Shown here: positions 36,791 through 50,226 of the stretch, one piece after another | Layout: each line of letters begins with the position of its first letter | Position numbering within the stretch: the first letter of the stretch is position 1 | Assembly: GCF_006345805.1 (NCBI RefSeq) | Contig: NC_043022.1 | Location: 16,058,001-16,122,000 of the forward strand | Source of the DNA: Octopus sinensis | Lineage: Eukaryota | Direction: 5' to 3' | Length of the DNA stretch: 64,000 nucleotides | Program-made: the position numbers and the translations under genes | The notes under the pieces: model-generated | The model's database searches: none | Told to the model about the DNA's origin: nothing | Seen by the model: only the letters and a program-made list of their open reading frames with translations

Positions 36791-39533
36791 AGCTAGCCCC
36801 ATGTTGTCAAAAATGACGGCTAATTGTAGTAACTTATATATAAATAAGGTACATAATAATCATAGATACAGACATACACATACTTCCCTTGTATATGCAC
36901 ACACACACACACACACATATACTTACACATAGTTGAAACGCTGTTTGATTTTTCTTTTCAGCGTTGAATGTTCACCATCCCACTTCCATTGTGCACACAC
37001 ACAAACTTTCAAATACCTCCCTTTTACACATACACACACAAACTTTCACAAACCTCCCTTTTACCTACACACACATATACTCATGCAGAGTTGAAATGCT
37101 ATTTTGATTTTTTTTTTCACAGTAGAACTTCCATCACCCCTTCCTTCCTTCCTTCCTTATTCATCTATCACCCCTTCCTTTCTCATTCATATGTTGTGAC
37201 AGAGAAAGACTCAAGAGTATTATTATAGTAGATGTTCATAGTACCCAGGCTGAGGTTGACTTTGCCTTTCGTCCTTTTGGGGGTCAATAAAATAAATACC
37301 AGCTGAGCACTTGTGTTGATATAACTGACCACCTTCCACCCTCAAAATTTCAGGCTTTGTTCCTTTAGTAGAAATATTGAAGCAGTGGACTGGCAGAATT
37401 GTTAGTACACTAGACAAAATGCTCAGTAGCATTTCTTCTTGCTTGATGTTCTGAGTGCAAATACCACTAAGGTTTACTTTGTTTTTCATCCCCTCAGTGT
37501 TGATAAAATAAATATCACTTGAACACTGAGGCTGATGCATTCGACTTACCCTGCCCCCACAAATTTCAAGCCAAGTGTGAACATTAGAGAAAATTATTAT
37601 TACTATTATTGTAAATCTAATGACTCAGGTTTAGAGTTATATAACCAAGCTATAATAGCCTGTCTGACTTGCCATCGCCTACAATCAGTTTTTGTTTTGT
37701 TATTATTTCAATTACAACTTAATAATATATTGATTAATGCTGACAGTATTCCATGAATCTTAGTTAATTGCTAAAAATCAACGCTTCTGTGTATAGAGAG
37801 AAGAAAACTGTTAATGGCTTCTTCTCATGTACATTGACATCATAGCAGATACAACAACAAACATCATAATGTTTATACATAAAGATGTTGTGGGCAAATA
37901 TCAGCTCCTAGTCCCCAATTCTATTTGATCTTAGGTTGATGCCGGGTACACATCATGTCACCTTTACACAAAAACCTCCCAAATGAAGCATCAACATTTC
38001 ACCATTTCATTTCCTTTCTCCATTCAGTCCACCCAGAATATAAGCATCTGGTTTTCCTTTCTCTGCCTTTGTTTTTATTGTTTTAGGTGTGGCTGTGTGA
38101 CAAGAGGTATGTTTTCCAACCACATGGTTCTGGGTCCAGTAGTCCTACTGTATGAAATATTGGGCAAGTGTCTTCTTCTCTAGTCCTGGGCCACCCAAAA
38201 CCTTGTCAGTAGATTTGGTAGATGGAAACTGAAAGAAGCCTCTCGTATATATAATACATACATACATGTGTGTGTGTGTGTGTCCTGGTCTTGACATGGC
38301 ATGATACTCGTAAATGAGTGTCACTGTCATACAAGCTGTGTCCTTCATTTCCAATATCCTGTGAGAGTGTCTGGTCATGGAGAAATATTAGCTTGCTTGC
38401 AAAGAAGTGAGGGTTAGCAGCAAGAAGGGTATCTAACCATAGAAAAGTTGCCTCAAATAAACTGTCTGACCTATGCAAGCACGGAAAAATAGAAGTTAAA
38501 TGATGATGGTGATGATGATGTGTCCTAATCTAGCTGACAAAAGATCAAAGGTATTCTAGACACAATCAATTACAGTGAGTTGGCTGTGGGAAGTTTGAGG
38601 GAAATTTAGCTACTATTTCTAGGAAGTCAAATAACTACATAGAACAAGGCCTCTCTAACTGGGGTTCATTTATCTCCAGGGAGTAAACTGTATCTGTCCT
38701 GGAAGTTAATGTGTTGATTCTGAATTTATACAAATTTATATTAATCCATTATAATTTTGTAAAAATGAAATTGGAAAGAACATTTCAAGTTGGTTTAATT
38801 TTTTTCCTTTTTATCATTTTACATTTAATGATGACTCAGGTTTAGAGTTATATTGTACACTACTTACTTACTGTGTTGCTAATGTTGTTGTCTAATTCAG
38901 AAGACTTGTGTTTGGTTCTGGTATACCTGTGTATCATTGGTTCATAAATAAGTGAATTAATGTTACTTGCTATTTATATTATTACCAATATAAGGGTAGT
39001 GATCTGGCAGAATTGTTAGAATCATCATCATCATTTAACGTCTGTTGTCCATGCTGGCATGGGTGGGATGGTTTGACTGGGCTGGTATGCTGGAAGGCTG
39101 TGCCAGGCTCTAGTCTGATTTGGCATGGTTTTCTGTGGCTGGATGCCCTTCCTAATGCCAACAACTCCAAGAGTGTAATGGATGCTTTTACATGCCACTG
39201 GAAAGGGTGCCATTTGCATGACACCAGTATCTGCCACGACTGTGCTTTTGCTCAGCTTGATAGGTCTTCTCAAGCACGACATAATATCAAAGGTCTTGGT
39301 CATTGCCTCCATGAGGCCCAACATTAAAATGTTAGGGGAAAAAGAAAATACTTTGGCTCTTTATGTTCTGAGTTCAAATCCTCATGTCAGCTTTGCCTCT
39401 CATCCCTACAGGGTTGGTAAAATAAAGTACCAGTGAAATACTCAGGTAGATAGCATTGACTAAGCCTCTCCTCCCAAAACTGCTAGCCTTTGTAGCTTTG
39501 TAACTTATTTGAGCATAAAATAATATTGTATAA

Positions 39534-39755
39534 CCCTGTAGCATTTAAACCAGCCATATGTGGCCCAAATATTGTATCTGTTTTATGTTCAAACCAGCCA
39601 GATCTGGCCTCTCACACCTAATCTGCAATGTCATTCTAAAAACAGCCAATCACATCAGCAAAATCTCAAAGCTACAAGATATTGCATGATTAATTCAAAG
39701 CAATGTGAATAAATGAGTATTGTATTTGACTAGAGTAATGTGAATGCTTTAGAGT
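39534..39755 (-). mobile_element. piggyBac-like MITE, diverged copy of 8442-8661
   Basis: Reverse-complement similarity across its length (ccctgtagcatttaaa...gagtaatgtgaatgct). Confidence 0.6.
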
Positions 39756-41777
39756 TCAAAACAGTTATTTTAAAATTTCCTCTTGTGTTTTATTATAGTG
39801 GAATTGTAAACACTCAAGTTGTGAAATTTTATCATTTCCTCATTTAACATCCATGTTCCATACTGACATGTTGAACGGTTTGGTTGGATCCAATTGGTCC
39901 AAAGACTATATTGTACTCCACTGTCTGTTCTGGCTTCTATAGCTGGATGCTCTTCCTAACACTAACAACTTTACAGTGTATACCCGGTGCTTTTCTTGTG
40001 CCACCACCACTGGTGAGGTTGTCATACAGCTCACAAGTCTATGAAACCTGCGGGGAAGGGTTTTATGCTAGTAGATGGGGGTTAATGTATGAGAGAAGGG
40101 GATGGGGCAGATTAGGTTCTTGTAGAGGAGTTACATGGCTACTCACATTTAGGAAAGAGTGACACACACACACACACACACACACATGATATTAATTCTT
40201 TAACCAATTTGTTTGAAATTAATATACTCTGCTAATTGTTGTATCCACATCAGCTTATTACATGTACACACTGACATTTTATATTTATATACATGTACAG
40301 TATGTTTGTGTATACATACATACACACACACACACAAGTATATTTATTTCACAAGTGTATGGTGAGAAAACAAAGCAGAAAATATAATAGAGACTGCTAT
40401 GCTCCACACTCTACACTAAGCAAATATATACACACACACTTCTGCTGTTTACTACAGTGTAATGCATCAACTTGAAATTTCATGTCAAGAGACCAAAATA
40501 CTATCAAATAATGAAAATACACAAGTTTCATATGACTCCACTTTGAATTTCTTATTTTTCCACGTATAATACTTTTCCTTCATTTTACTTTTATTTATTT
40601 TTAGATATAATTTAATGGTTAAAATGTCACCCAATCTTTTAGGAAGTTCTCTCAAGAGGTTGACTCCATTATTTTTCTAGCAATGAGTAAATGGATATTT
40701 TGAAGTACTAATTTCCTTAGAGAAAAAATTACTACCATACAATGTTAAATATATATGGAACCCCATTTATTTTTGTTTGAGGTGGGTGTTTTTGATCACC
40801 AGGTGCATTATAATTGTGGATGTGAAGAATAAACTACCTCAATAAAACAGGGTTTTGGTTTATTATTACTATTATTATTATTATTATTATTATTATTGTT
40901 ATTATTATTATTATTATTCTGTTTCTTTCTAAACTCTGCCTGCAAGCTACAGCTATTTATATTGTGAGGCTTCCAATTCATTCACGTTGAGAAATTACTT
41001 GTGAACATTGAAAAATAAGATTAGAGGAAAAGAAACAAATGTTATTGGTTACACTGTAAAAAAGTAAACAAAGTTGCCTTATATGGTAGGAAAAACGAAA
41101 TAGTTACCGAAAGATATGTTTATTAGATTAAAGCCCTTAATAGCTAGTATTTCATTTGATTTACAAATGAGTAGGCTAGATGCAGTAAAGCAATGGTGAA
41201 TTTAATTTTATATTGATACAATGATGGGTTTGTATTTTATGCAATGTTTCACTTTTTAAATGGAAAAAAAAAAATCCATTTAGAATTTTTCTGAAGGTTC
41301 ATTCCCCCCTCCCCTCAAATCTTTAAAGAAATAAAAAAGTGTATAAACATCTATTCATCATATTTTGAAATTGTAAATTTTATGGTTTTTAGAAAATTAC
41401 ATATTTGTTTTTGATAACAGTAATATTGATTTCTTTTCACTTGGCACAAGGCCAATCTTTGGAAATGGTATAGTTGAGAGAATATACTAGTATTTATATA
41501 TATATATATATATATATGTATATGTAGATATGTATATGTATATATGTATATATATATATATATATGTAATATATATATATATATATATATATATTTAACT
41601 ACACAATTTAGAGAAGGCAAGATTTGAACTTGAAATTAAAGGAACAAAACTATATATTTATAGTAAAGTAGTTAGCCTGGCATTCTACTGTCTGTCTATT
41701 TCAATTCCACTGGCTGCTACAATACCAAAAAGTGTTACTAATGAAAACTAAGTTAATTTATGACTGCCTATTTTTAG

Positions 41778-41815
41778 AGACCCTTGTTGTTCCTATTTCT
41801 CCTGTTATCACCTCG
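41778..41815 (+). CDS. Candidate internal exon (KTLVVPISPVITS)
   Basis: Acceptor ctatttttag, donor TCG|GTAAAC, phase 1 to 0, compatible with the previous candidate. The opposite strand is also open here (KHIKSQYITVYRGDNRRNRNNKGL*), so strand is uncertain. Confidence 0.3.
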
Positions 41816-42280
41816 GTAAACTGTTATATATTGGCTTTTAATATGCTTTTCTATAAAGAATTTGTAGAGTTAAAAATATATTGGGTTATAATAATAAATG
41901 TGTCAGCGACAGTGTAGTTGTATGACTGAACTATGATAATTCAAGCACAGCAATAGCAGTGTAACTTAATTGATAAGGCATCGATTGCCAGTTACAGACT
42001 GGAAGATCAATTGCCAGCAAAGGTGTAGTCGAGGGTGTTCTGTAAAATAATATCCTTAGTCAGTTATTCAGGTTTAGATGACTGACTTTAACATGGAGCT
42101 TTTTTAGAAAGCAATAAGTTGATAGGCGAGAAGAAATTCTCTGTTTTCAAATTTCTTTTAATGTAAATGAGGTTATTTTGGTTCTGAATTTTAATCTAAG
42201 CTACTAGTTGAAATATTCTTCATACTAAATATCTATTATAATAAAACTATTTATATAATCATTGGTTTATATATATATAT

Positions 42281-42679
42281 AGGAGTGGCTGTGTGGTAAG
42301 TAGCTTGCTAACCAACCACATGGTTCCGGGTTCAGTCCCACTGCGTGGCACCTTCGGCAAGTGTCTTCTGCTATAGCCTCGGGCCGACCAAAGCCTTGTG
42401 AGTGGATTTGGTAGACGGAAACTGAAAGAAGCCTGTCGTATATATATATATATGTATGCGTGTGTGTGTTTGTGTGTCTGTGTTTGTCCCCCTAGCATTG
42501 CTTGACAACCGATGCTGGTGTGTTTACGTCCCCATCACTTAGCGGTTCGGCAAAAGAGACCGATAGAACAAGTACTGGGCTTACAAAAGAATAAGTACCG
42601 GGGTCGATTTGCTCAACTAAAGGCGATGCTCCAGCATGGCCGCAGTCAAATGACTGAAACAAGTAAAAGAGTAAAAGAG
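42281..42679 (+). mobile_element. SINE family A
   Basis: Full-length match; (GTAAAAGA)n tail. Confidence 0.9.
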
Positions 42680-42810
42680 TATATATATATATATAAATAA
42701 ATATATATATATATGTGTGTGTGTATAATCATTTTGCATTGTTTTCCATACTGGCATTGATTGGATGGGTCTCAGCATCTTATAACTTGTTGCAGTTTTT
42801 TGTCATCCAG

Positions 42811-43022
42811 GCACAAACACCCACAGAAAAAAACAAAAATTCTTTTACATCGTGGACTGCCACTGGCATGAGAGATGATGACTGAGAGATTAAAGAATCT
42901 GCTCTGCTGCATATCAGTGTTTTTATTCAGAGTTCCAGTTCTCCTAGAGAGTTTGTCTGTGACTGGAACTTGCAGAGTCCATGTCTCTCTGTTCAAACCA
43001 ATATCATCAATATCGATAAAGC
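42811..43022. other. Unique coding-like segment open on both strands in the same codon register; strand unresolved
   Basis: Minus: acceptor ttttcgcatttcag then FIDIDDIGLNRETWTLQVPVTDKLSRRTGTLNKNTDMQQSRFFNLSVIISHASGSPR. Plus: acceptor ttttgtcatccag then AQTPTEKNKNSFTSWTATGMRDDD*EIKESALLHISVFIQSSSSPREFVCDWNLQSPC. No protein recognised. Confidence 0.3.
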
Positions 43023-44331
43023 TGAAATGCGAAAAAGTTGTTTGATTTCTTGGTTATTTGTCTCATTTTGGGATGGGAACGGTTTAAGGGGCGGTAGATG
43101 GGGTTGGATTGGCGAAAAATTTACACTGGGTGGTGGGGGCTCGAATGTGGTGGGCAATGGTGTGAGGAGGGTGGAAAGTCGCTTGGGGCTACCGTTTGGT
43201 TGCCATGGTGAGGAATATGGGAAAAATTGAGTTTTAAAGAAGATAAAAACGAAGAAAAAATTTAAAAAATAAGAAAAAGAAAAAGAAGAGGGCAATAAAA
43301 AGAACCAAGCAAAGAAGACGAACAAAAAAAGAAAGGGAATGAACATTCTCACCTTCTGAGCTAATTTTAGTTCCCAATATGAACGATGGAATGTTCCTAA
43401 ATCTTCACAAACAGTTCAACCCCGATGGAGACAAAGATGGTGCAGTTGCATTCATCCAGTCTCCGTAACCTGGTGGTTCGGCAAAAGAGACTGATAGAAT
43501 AAGTACTAGGCTTACAAAGAAGAAGTCCAGGAATCAATTTGTTTGACTAAAGGCAGTGCTCCAGCATGGCCACAGTCAAATGTCTGAAACAAATAAAAGA
43601 AAAAAGAAAAGAATACATGGAAATATTATTTCATATGCTCTCACTTGTAAGAAAAAAAAAAAGACCAGCATAAAGCCCCCTTTCTTGTCTGCATCTTCAA
43701 CACAAAGTGTCATCGTCATTGTTTAACATCCATGTTCCATGGTGGAATGGGTTGGACCATTATTAATTTTATATTAATCATAAGTTTAATGTAACGTCTA
43801 TCCATATGTCAATTATTTTTTGATAACTTATTTTTGTATTTGTATTTTGCTTGATTTAAGGATTATGATATTTATTTTGTCATGGTGCAACTTCAAGGAG
43901 ACCAATAAAAACCCCTAGGGAAATTTGTGATTAAAAATACCAAAAATTGCCTCTGTGTGTGTGTGTGTGTGATATTCCTAGATATTGAAAAGTAATACCA
44001 GCTATATGCCTACAAAATGGCTCTTTCTGCATTAGTTTTTTTTTTTTTTGCATTTTATTTAGTTTCAGCTCACAAGCTGTGGCCATGCTGGGGCACCGCC
44101 ATTATTCATTTATTGCAGAAAGTTTTGGCTAATTCTGACCTTTTAATAAAGAAAATAAGTGAAAACTTTGATTATAACTACACCAAACTTTGTTATTCAT
44201 GTGAAAACTGCTCCTTAATTTCTTCACTTTGTGCCCCAATTTTCAACATTAGACTTTAATATCTTTGTTTCAATTTTAAATGAGAAGATTTTACAATAGA
44301 AGAAAGGTAAATAAAAACTTTATATAAAGTA

Positions 44332-44704
44332 CTAGCAGTATCGCCCGGCGTTGCTCGGGATTGTAAGGGAAATAACTATATAAGAATTTTTAGAGAGTTA
44401 TAGCCAAAAAATGCATTAAAAATGGTAAATTTTTTTAAAAATCGTTGACTCATTGTAGATATTTTTAGAGAGTTACTTCCCTTATATAATAGCGAAAAAA
44501 TGCATTGAAATTGAAAAAAATGATGGTAAATTTTTTTTTAAATCATAGATTCATCGTAGACGCACGCTAATACCCAGAAGGGCTCGATATGAATCACGAC
44601 TATAAGATACCCGGTTTTGGTTAAACTGCACCGCAAAATGTTGGAGTAGTTAGGAATCTAAATCGTAGGAGACAGACACACAACTTCACTTTTATATATA
44701 AAGA
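44332..44704 (-). mobile_element. Complete non-autonomous Helitron (373 bp)
   Basis: Minus strand 5' A|TCTTTATATATAAAAG..., 3' hairpin CCCGAGCAACGCCGGG followed by ...CTAG|T. Inserted between A and T with no TSD. Confidence 0.85.
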
Positions 44705-45529
44705 TTAGTAATTAAAACACAATTGTAGGAGATCTATTGGCAAATTTCAATACAGCCAAATATAATGTAACTATAACCTTAAACATGGCCAGACTGATAC
44801 TAAATTCATTGCTGTTCTTCCTTCCGAATCACATTTAGAATGTTGAAAGGAAAATTTGCCAACTCTTCATTATAACCTTCTTTCAGGCTTGTGCCAAGCA
44901 GGTGCATACCGTTATTGAACCAAAGAGATGCTTTCCACATTACAATTGATCTGTAGCAACTAAAAGGCTATCATGTTTCTTTCCATCTGTTTGTGCCCTA
45001 ACCTTTGGAAGAATGAAATTTCAGCTATTATCCCACAGCCTGTGCACCCTGAAAATAACAGATTAAGAGTTACATGTTTATGGCTTCTCAGAAAAAGTAG
45101 AATTGTTTGTGTGTGTGTGTTTTGCTTGCTTCAGGAAGAGAAGCTTGTGCCTATAGTCTTTTAAAATTCTTGTAGAGATTATTGCAGCTCATATTCTATT
45201 TTCATGTTGCAATATCAGGTTGGAAAGAAGTCTTACGCTGATTCAATTTAAACCAGAAATGATTACATAGGTTATTTGGGTGAGATAAGCCAAGGGTTTT
45301 AGGTGATAGGGTTATTTTGATTTCATTTTTTATCATGCATTTTATGAACAATAGCAATATTGCTTACAGGTTTGCAATGGACCAGTCACTGGTTCATTGC
45401 CATTTTTGTTGTGGAAGTCACAAGGGAGCATCCCTACATTTCAGGCAGAACTGAAAGATATTTTTTGTTTGACTAAATGCACCATTTTATCTGATTTTTT
45501 CCAAGATGTGTGTATCTTTGCCAATATAC

Positions 45530-45560
<31 letters not shown>

Positions 45561-45606
45561 AGATAAGCATAAGAGTTGAAAATTCTGGAAAATATTTTCT
45601 GCACAG

Positions 45607-45994
45607 GAGAGGAAGCACTCCGTCGGTTACGACGACGAAGGTTCCGGTTGATCCGAATCAACGGAACAGCCTGCTCGTGAAATTAACGTGTAAGTGGCTG
45701 AGCACTCCACAGACAAGTATACCCTTAACGTAGTTCTCGGGGATATTCAACGTGACACAGAGAGTGACAAGGCCGGCCCTTTGAAATACAGGTACAACAG
45801 AAACAGGAAGTAAAAGTGAGAGAAAGTTGTGGTAAAAGAGTACAGCAGGGATCACCACCATCCCCTGCCGGAGACTCGTGGAGCTTTAGGTGCTTTCGCT
45901 CAATAAACACTCACAACGCCCGGTCTGGGAATCGAAACCACGATCCTATGACCGCGAGTCCGCTGCCCTAACCACTGGGCCATTGTGCCTCCAC
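45607..45994 (-). mobile_element. SINE with family C head and a different 3' half, perfect 11-bp TSD
   Basis: TSD TTTCTGCACAG at 45596-45606 and 45995-46005. The 3' half is shared with the repeat at ~46620-46790. Confidence 0.85.
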
Positions 45995-47982
45995 TTTCTG
46001 CACAGTAGTCACATCTCAAAACAGGTGATTGGGTGTATTGAAATTTACCAACAGATCTTCTACAGTTGTGTATTATTTGATTATCTGTCTGATGAATTTC
46101 TAATAGGCGATTTATTACATGTTTCTCCTACATGTACAATTCTGAAATTCCTATTAGCAAATGAAACACGTGCAATGGTGAATAAATGATACCAAAAATT
46201 TTTCCAATCTCCTGTTTTCATATGTATGCATGTGCATGTACCCCCCCCCCCACACACACACACTCAAGAAATGGTCTTCTGCACAACAAATTTTACTCAT
46301 AAGATACTGGACAACTCGTGGCCATGATAGAATCCATTTGCTGAAATTGCTACACGGTAGGATCAAACCTGGGATTACATGGTTTTAAAACAGTTTTCAC
46401 AACCACTCAGCCATCCCTGTGTTAAATAATATTACATCTCACAAATGAAACTTTGCAATATCAGGTTCCATTGAAATATGTGCATAATCTATCCAATATG
46501 ATAATAGAGAAAAATATTAAACTGCTGAAAGTTGTATTGCTTCATAAACTTCACAGATCTCAGGTCTTTGACATATAAAAATACATACATGTATCCATCC
46601 ATCCATTAACTGGTTCTATTCTTATTGATCTGACCAATGAAACAGCCTGCTCATGAAATTAATGTGCAAGTGACTGAGGACTCCATAGACATGCATACTC
46701 TTGACATAGTTCCCAGAAAGATTCAGCCTGACATAGAATGTGACAAGGCTGGATCCTTTGAAATACAGGTACAGCTCATTTTTACCAGCTGAGTGGACTG
46801 GAGCAACGTGAAATAAAGTGTCTTGCTCAAGGACACAACATGCTGTCAGGAATCGAACTCACAACCTTATGATGGTGAGCTGAATATCTGAACCACTAAG
46901 TTACACACCTTCACACACATATACATATCCTAGCCTAAAAAGTCAATCAGTGTTAAAGAGACTAAAGGAACTATTTAGATGCAACAATAATTTGAATGAT
47001 AGACACAGCTGTATAGTTCTGCGGTTTCCTATGCAACCGCATGATTCTGAGTTGAATTCCATTGTACAGACATAACTATGTGTGGGACTGTGTTTGTGTT
47101 CAAGTCTTGTAACTTTGCAAATTTCAGTGAATATTTCCTCTATATTTTAGAATATAGCTAAACCAATGACAACAATAAAGTGTATCAGTTACATGAGACT
47201 ATATAATAATTGTCTTTGTTCAGAATTTGAATCCTTCTCATAAACAGAGTAGAAAACAAATTATGGAGTAAAATTGAAATGAGAAAATGTAGACTCATTT
47301 GTAAATTAAATAATTTATTATTTAGAAATGGAAGTCTAAAATAAAGGAAGGGTAGATATTACTGTGTGGTTTAGAAATTAACAAGCAAATAACAATTTTA
47401 TTAAATAAATTTACTCTTTAGTATTTCAAGATATTTTTATGTAATTTTGGTAAATATAAGCATTAAAATGAGATGTCAGTGTTATTTTCATTTTTGCCAT
47501 CATTTAGATAGTTTATTCACCAGACCCTGTATATATAGAGAGATATGTATGTGTGTAAATATGCCTGTGTGTGTATATATTTTAAACGATTGATGTGGAA
47601 GATGGAGTGTAGCTAGAAGCTTTATTTAGCACAACTATTGTTTTGGTTTCCTTCTGCATTGCTCCCTAGTGGGTGTGGGACAATGTAATGACATCAGATG
47701 CAATGCACAGTGCAGGGAGCCTCATCAGGTGATGTAACATGCTTCAAGCTTTACATTTCATTTTCACTCCAAGTTATATGTGGGTGGTGTGTTGCTAGTA
47801 GTTTACACACATGTTGGTAAAGTGAGGGAAATTGTGGTCAGAAAGTGGTTGATAAAAAAAAATAATTAAAAAATACAAAGAATCTAATGTAAATGGGGGA
47901 AGGGTGTTTATACTTGTGGTCAGGAAGTGGTTGATAAAAAAATAAGAAATAAAAAAAGTAACGCAGATGAAGCCTGGTAGCC

Positions 47983-48110
47983 ATCACTCCTAACATCTGG
48001 CCACTTAACTCCCCAAACTGCAACCCCCTTGATTCACCAACTTAGGCAAGGAGACAGTTCAGAAGAGTTGTAGGAGAATCCAAAGTTATCTGGAGGCTGT
48101 GGTTGAATGT
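47983..48110 (+). mobile_element. Tc1/mariner-family transposase relic
   Basis: ITPNIWPLNSPNCNPLD (WPPNSPDLNPLD motif) then KSCRRIQSYLEAVVE (C-terminal ACRRFRxRLEAVVE motif), with the intervening part deleted. Confidence 0.75.
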
Positions 48111-48453
48111 GTTCTGCAGGTATGCTACCTGAGACATACTCAAAATGAGGTTTGGATACTTCATTTTAATATCTCCTTTCTAAACCTTAATTTTTAATTT
48201 AAAATTCAACCTATAAATATTTTGGGTCATTCTATAAATAGTGCATTTTTTTTATACTGCTTTTTATTTTTTTTAAATTAAGATAAACAAAGGAAAAACA
48301 GCGACTCATTTCCTTGCCAGCGAGATATAGAAAAACAGTGCCAGATGAGGCCCTGGTGTTGCAATTGGCCAGTGAGCTTGTTAAAGAATACATATAAGTG
48401 GTGACAGAGGCAGTATTAAGACTGAAAGGTAATAGTCATCCCCATTTGAACAG

Positions 48454-48554
48454 GAATGTTCTGTTGGAACAAGCTATACTGCAGTAGATGGCATGAGAGA
48501 AGCTTTCAGATTGGCTTTTCGTGTAAAATGCACTCTTGTTTATATCACTAACAG
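48454..48554 (+). CDS. Candidate internal exon (ECSVGTSYTAVDGMREAFRLAFRVKCTLVYITN)
   Basis: Acceptor ccccatttgaacag, donor CAG|GTAGAT, phase 0 to 2. The surrounding 48320-48730 is also coding-like with stops, so it could instead be a decayed element. Confidence 0.3.
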
Positions 48555-49075
48555 GTAGATAAACCCCACCTCATCTCCAGTGCCGAGACCATTAGATAAT
48601 GTGATTTTGACTTTCCTTGGTCTTATCAATGATGGATGCTCGACCAGTAATAAAATAATATGGTGGTTGATCGAGGAGAAATATCAAACACCTTATAAGT
48701 GTCCAAAGTGTGAAAATTTACATATGTCTCCATAATTATGTTAAGTTTTACAAATTAATTCTTTTCAGATAGCATTAGATTATACTTGTACAGTTCTGGG
48801 TCTAATGGACTGAATTTAATTCTAGCATTTTACCCACCGAAAAATATCTAGTGTTGCTTAATGACATCTATTTATCATCACCATCTCCTCCTCAAGTTCT
48901 TTTTATCTTCTTTTTTTTTTTCAATTAAAAGAAATCTATGTATTGCCATTTGTATACAATAACGTCAATAGAATGATAGCACTGGTTTATGATGAGGAGA
49001 CTGAACATTCACAACTTGAACTTGGCTTCAATAGCACCAGTATTTCACTGTTGTTTACATTTGTTGCTGATATAT

Positions 49076-49483
49076 AGGCGCAGGAGTGGCTGTGTGGTAA
49101 GTAGCTTGTTTACCAACCACATGGTTCCGGGTTCAGTCCCACTGCGTGGCACCTTGGGCAAGTGTCTTCTACTATAGCCTCGGGCTGACCAAAGCCTTGT
49201 GAATAGATTTGATAGACGGAAACTGAAAGAAGCCTGTCGTATATATGTATGTATATATATGTATGCGTGTGTGTTTGTGTGTCTGTGTTTGTTCCCCTAG
49301 CATTGCTTGACAACCGATGCTGGTGTGTTTATGTCCCCGTTACTTAGCGGTTCGGCAAAAGAGACCGATAGAATAAGTACTGGGGTTACAAAAGAATAAG
49401 TCCCGGGGTCGAGTTGCTCGATTAAAGGCGGTGCTCCAGCATGGCCGCAGTCAAATGACTGAAACAAGTAAAAGAGTAAAGAG
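49076..49483 (+). mobile_element. SINE family A
   Basis: Full-length match. Confidence 0.9.
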
Positions 49484-49938
49484 TATATATATTGGCCAGA
49501 GATATAAATATGTATACACACACACACACACACACACACGTCTATTTGTTTTTACATCTGTTTTTCCAATCCTGGCATGGCTTAGATGAAAATACATTAT
49601 TGAGGCATTGTTTTACAGCTGGTTACTTTTTCTGTTATTAAACTTTACCTGTTTTTTTTTTAAGTCAGGGATCTCCAATTCCACCTGTCTTTGAATGCAC
49701 AGTGCCAGCAAACAATTTTTTAACAGAAAAATGTAGGTCAGTGTCTTTTTATGCAAAGCACACAGGATGTAAACATTCACACAAATACACAGGTGCACAG
49801 ACAGACGTGTGTGTGCACTCATGTATATATATATATATATAAGTTCAGCAAAAATTTAGATTCAAATGAATATGGTACTTAATTTAGATGCACAAGAATT
49901 TTGTATGGTGTTATCCATAAAAATCCGTGGGGTGATTA

Positions 49939-50226
49939 TAATCAAAATAAGCAACAAGAATGACTCCGGTAATTTGGTACGATCGTTTCGTACTACATCA
50001 TTTTATTAAAAGTATTACAACAGATTTAAGATGCTGAGTACTCATCAGCCAATTATAGAGGTTTTCCATTTGATTTGAAAATTTTTGTATTAATGGAAAA
50101 CCTCTATAATTGGCTGCTGTGTACTCAGCATCTTAAATCTGTTGTAATACTTACAACGTTTAATAAAATGATGTAGTACGAAACGATCGTACCAAATTAC
50201 CGGAGTCATTCTTGTTGCTTATTTTG

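Noticed and set aside
38067-38106. Strong acceptor and donor pair around 20 nt
   Set aside because: Sits in a degenerate SINE head and introduces a stop in the expected phase.
43353-43470. Exon-like PNMNDGMFLNLHKQFNPDGDKDG
   Set aside because: The apparent donor and the 3' part belong to an adjacent SINE A fragment; the minus-strand reading is phase-incompatible with the next candidate.
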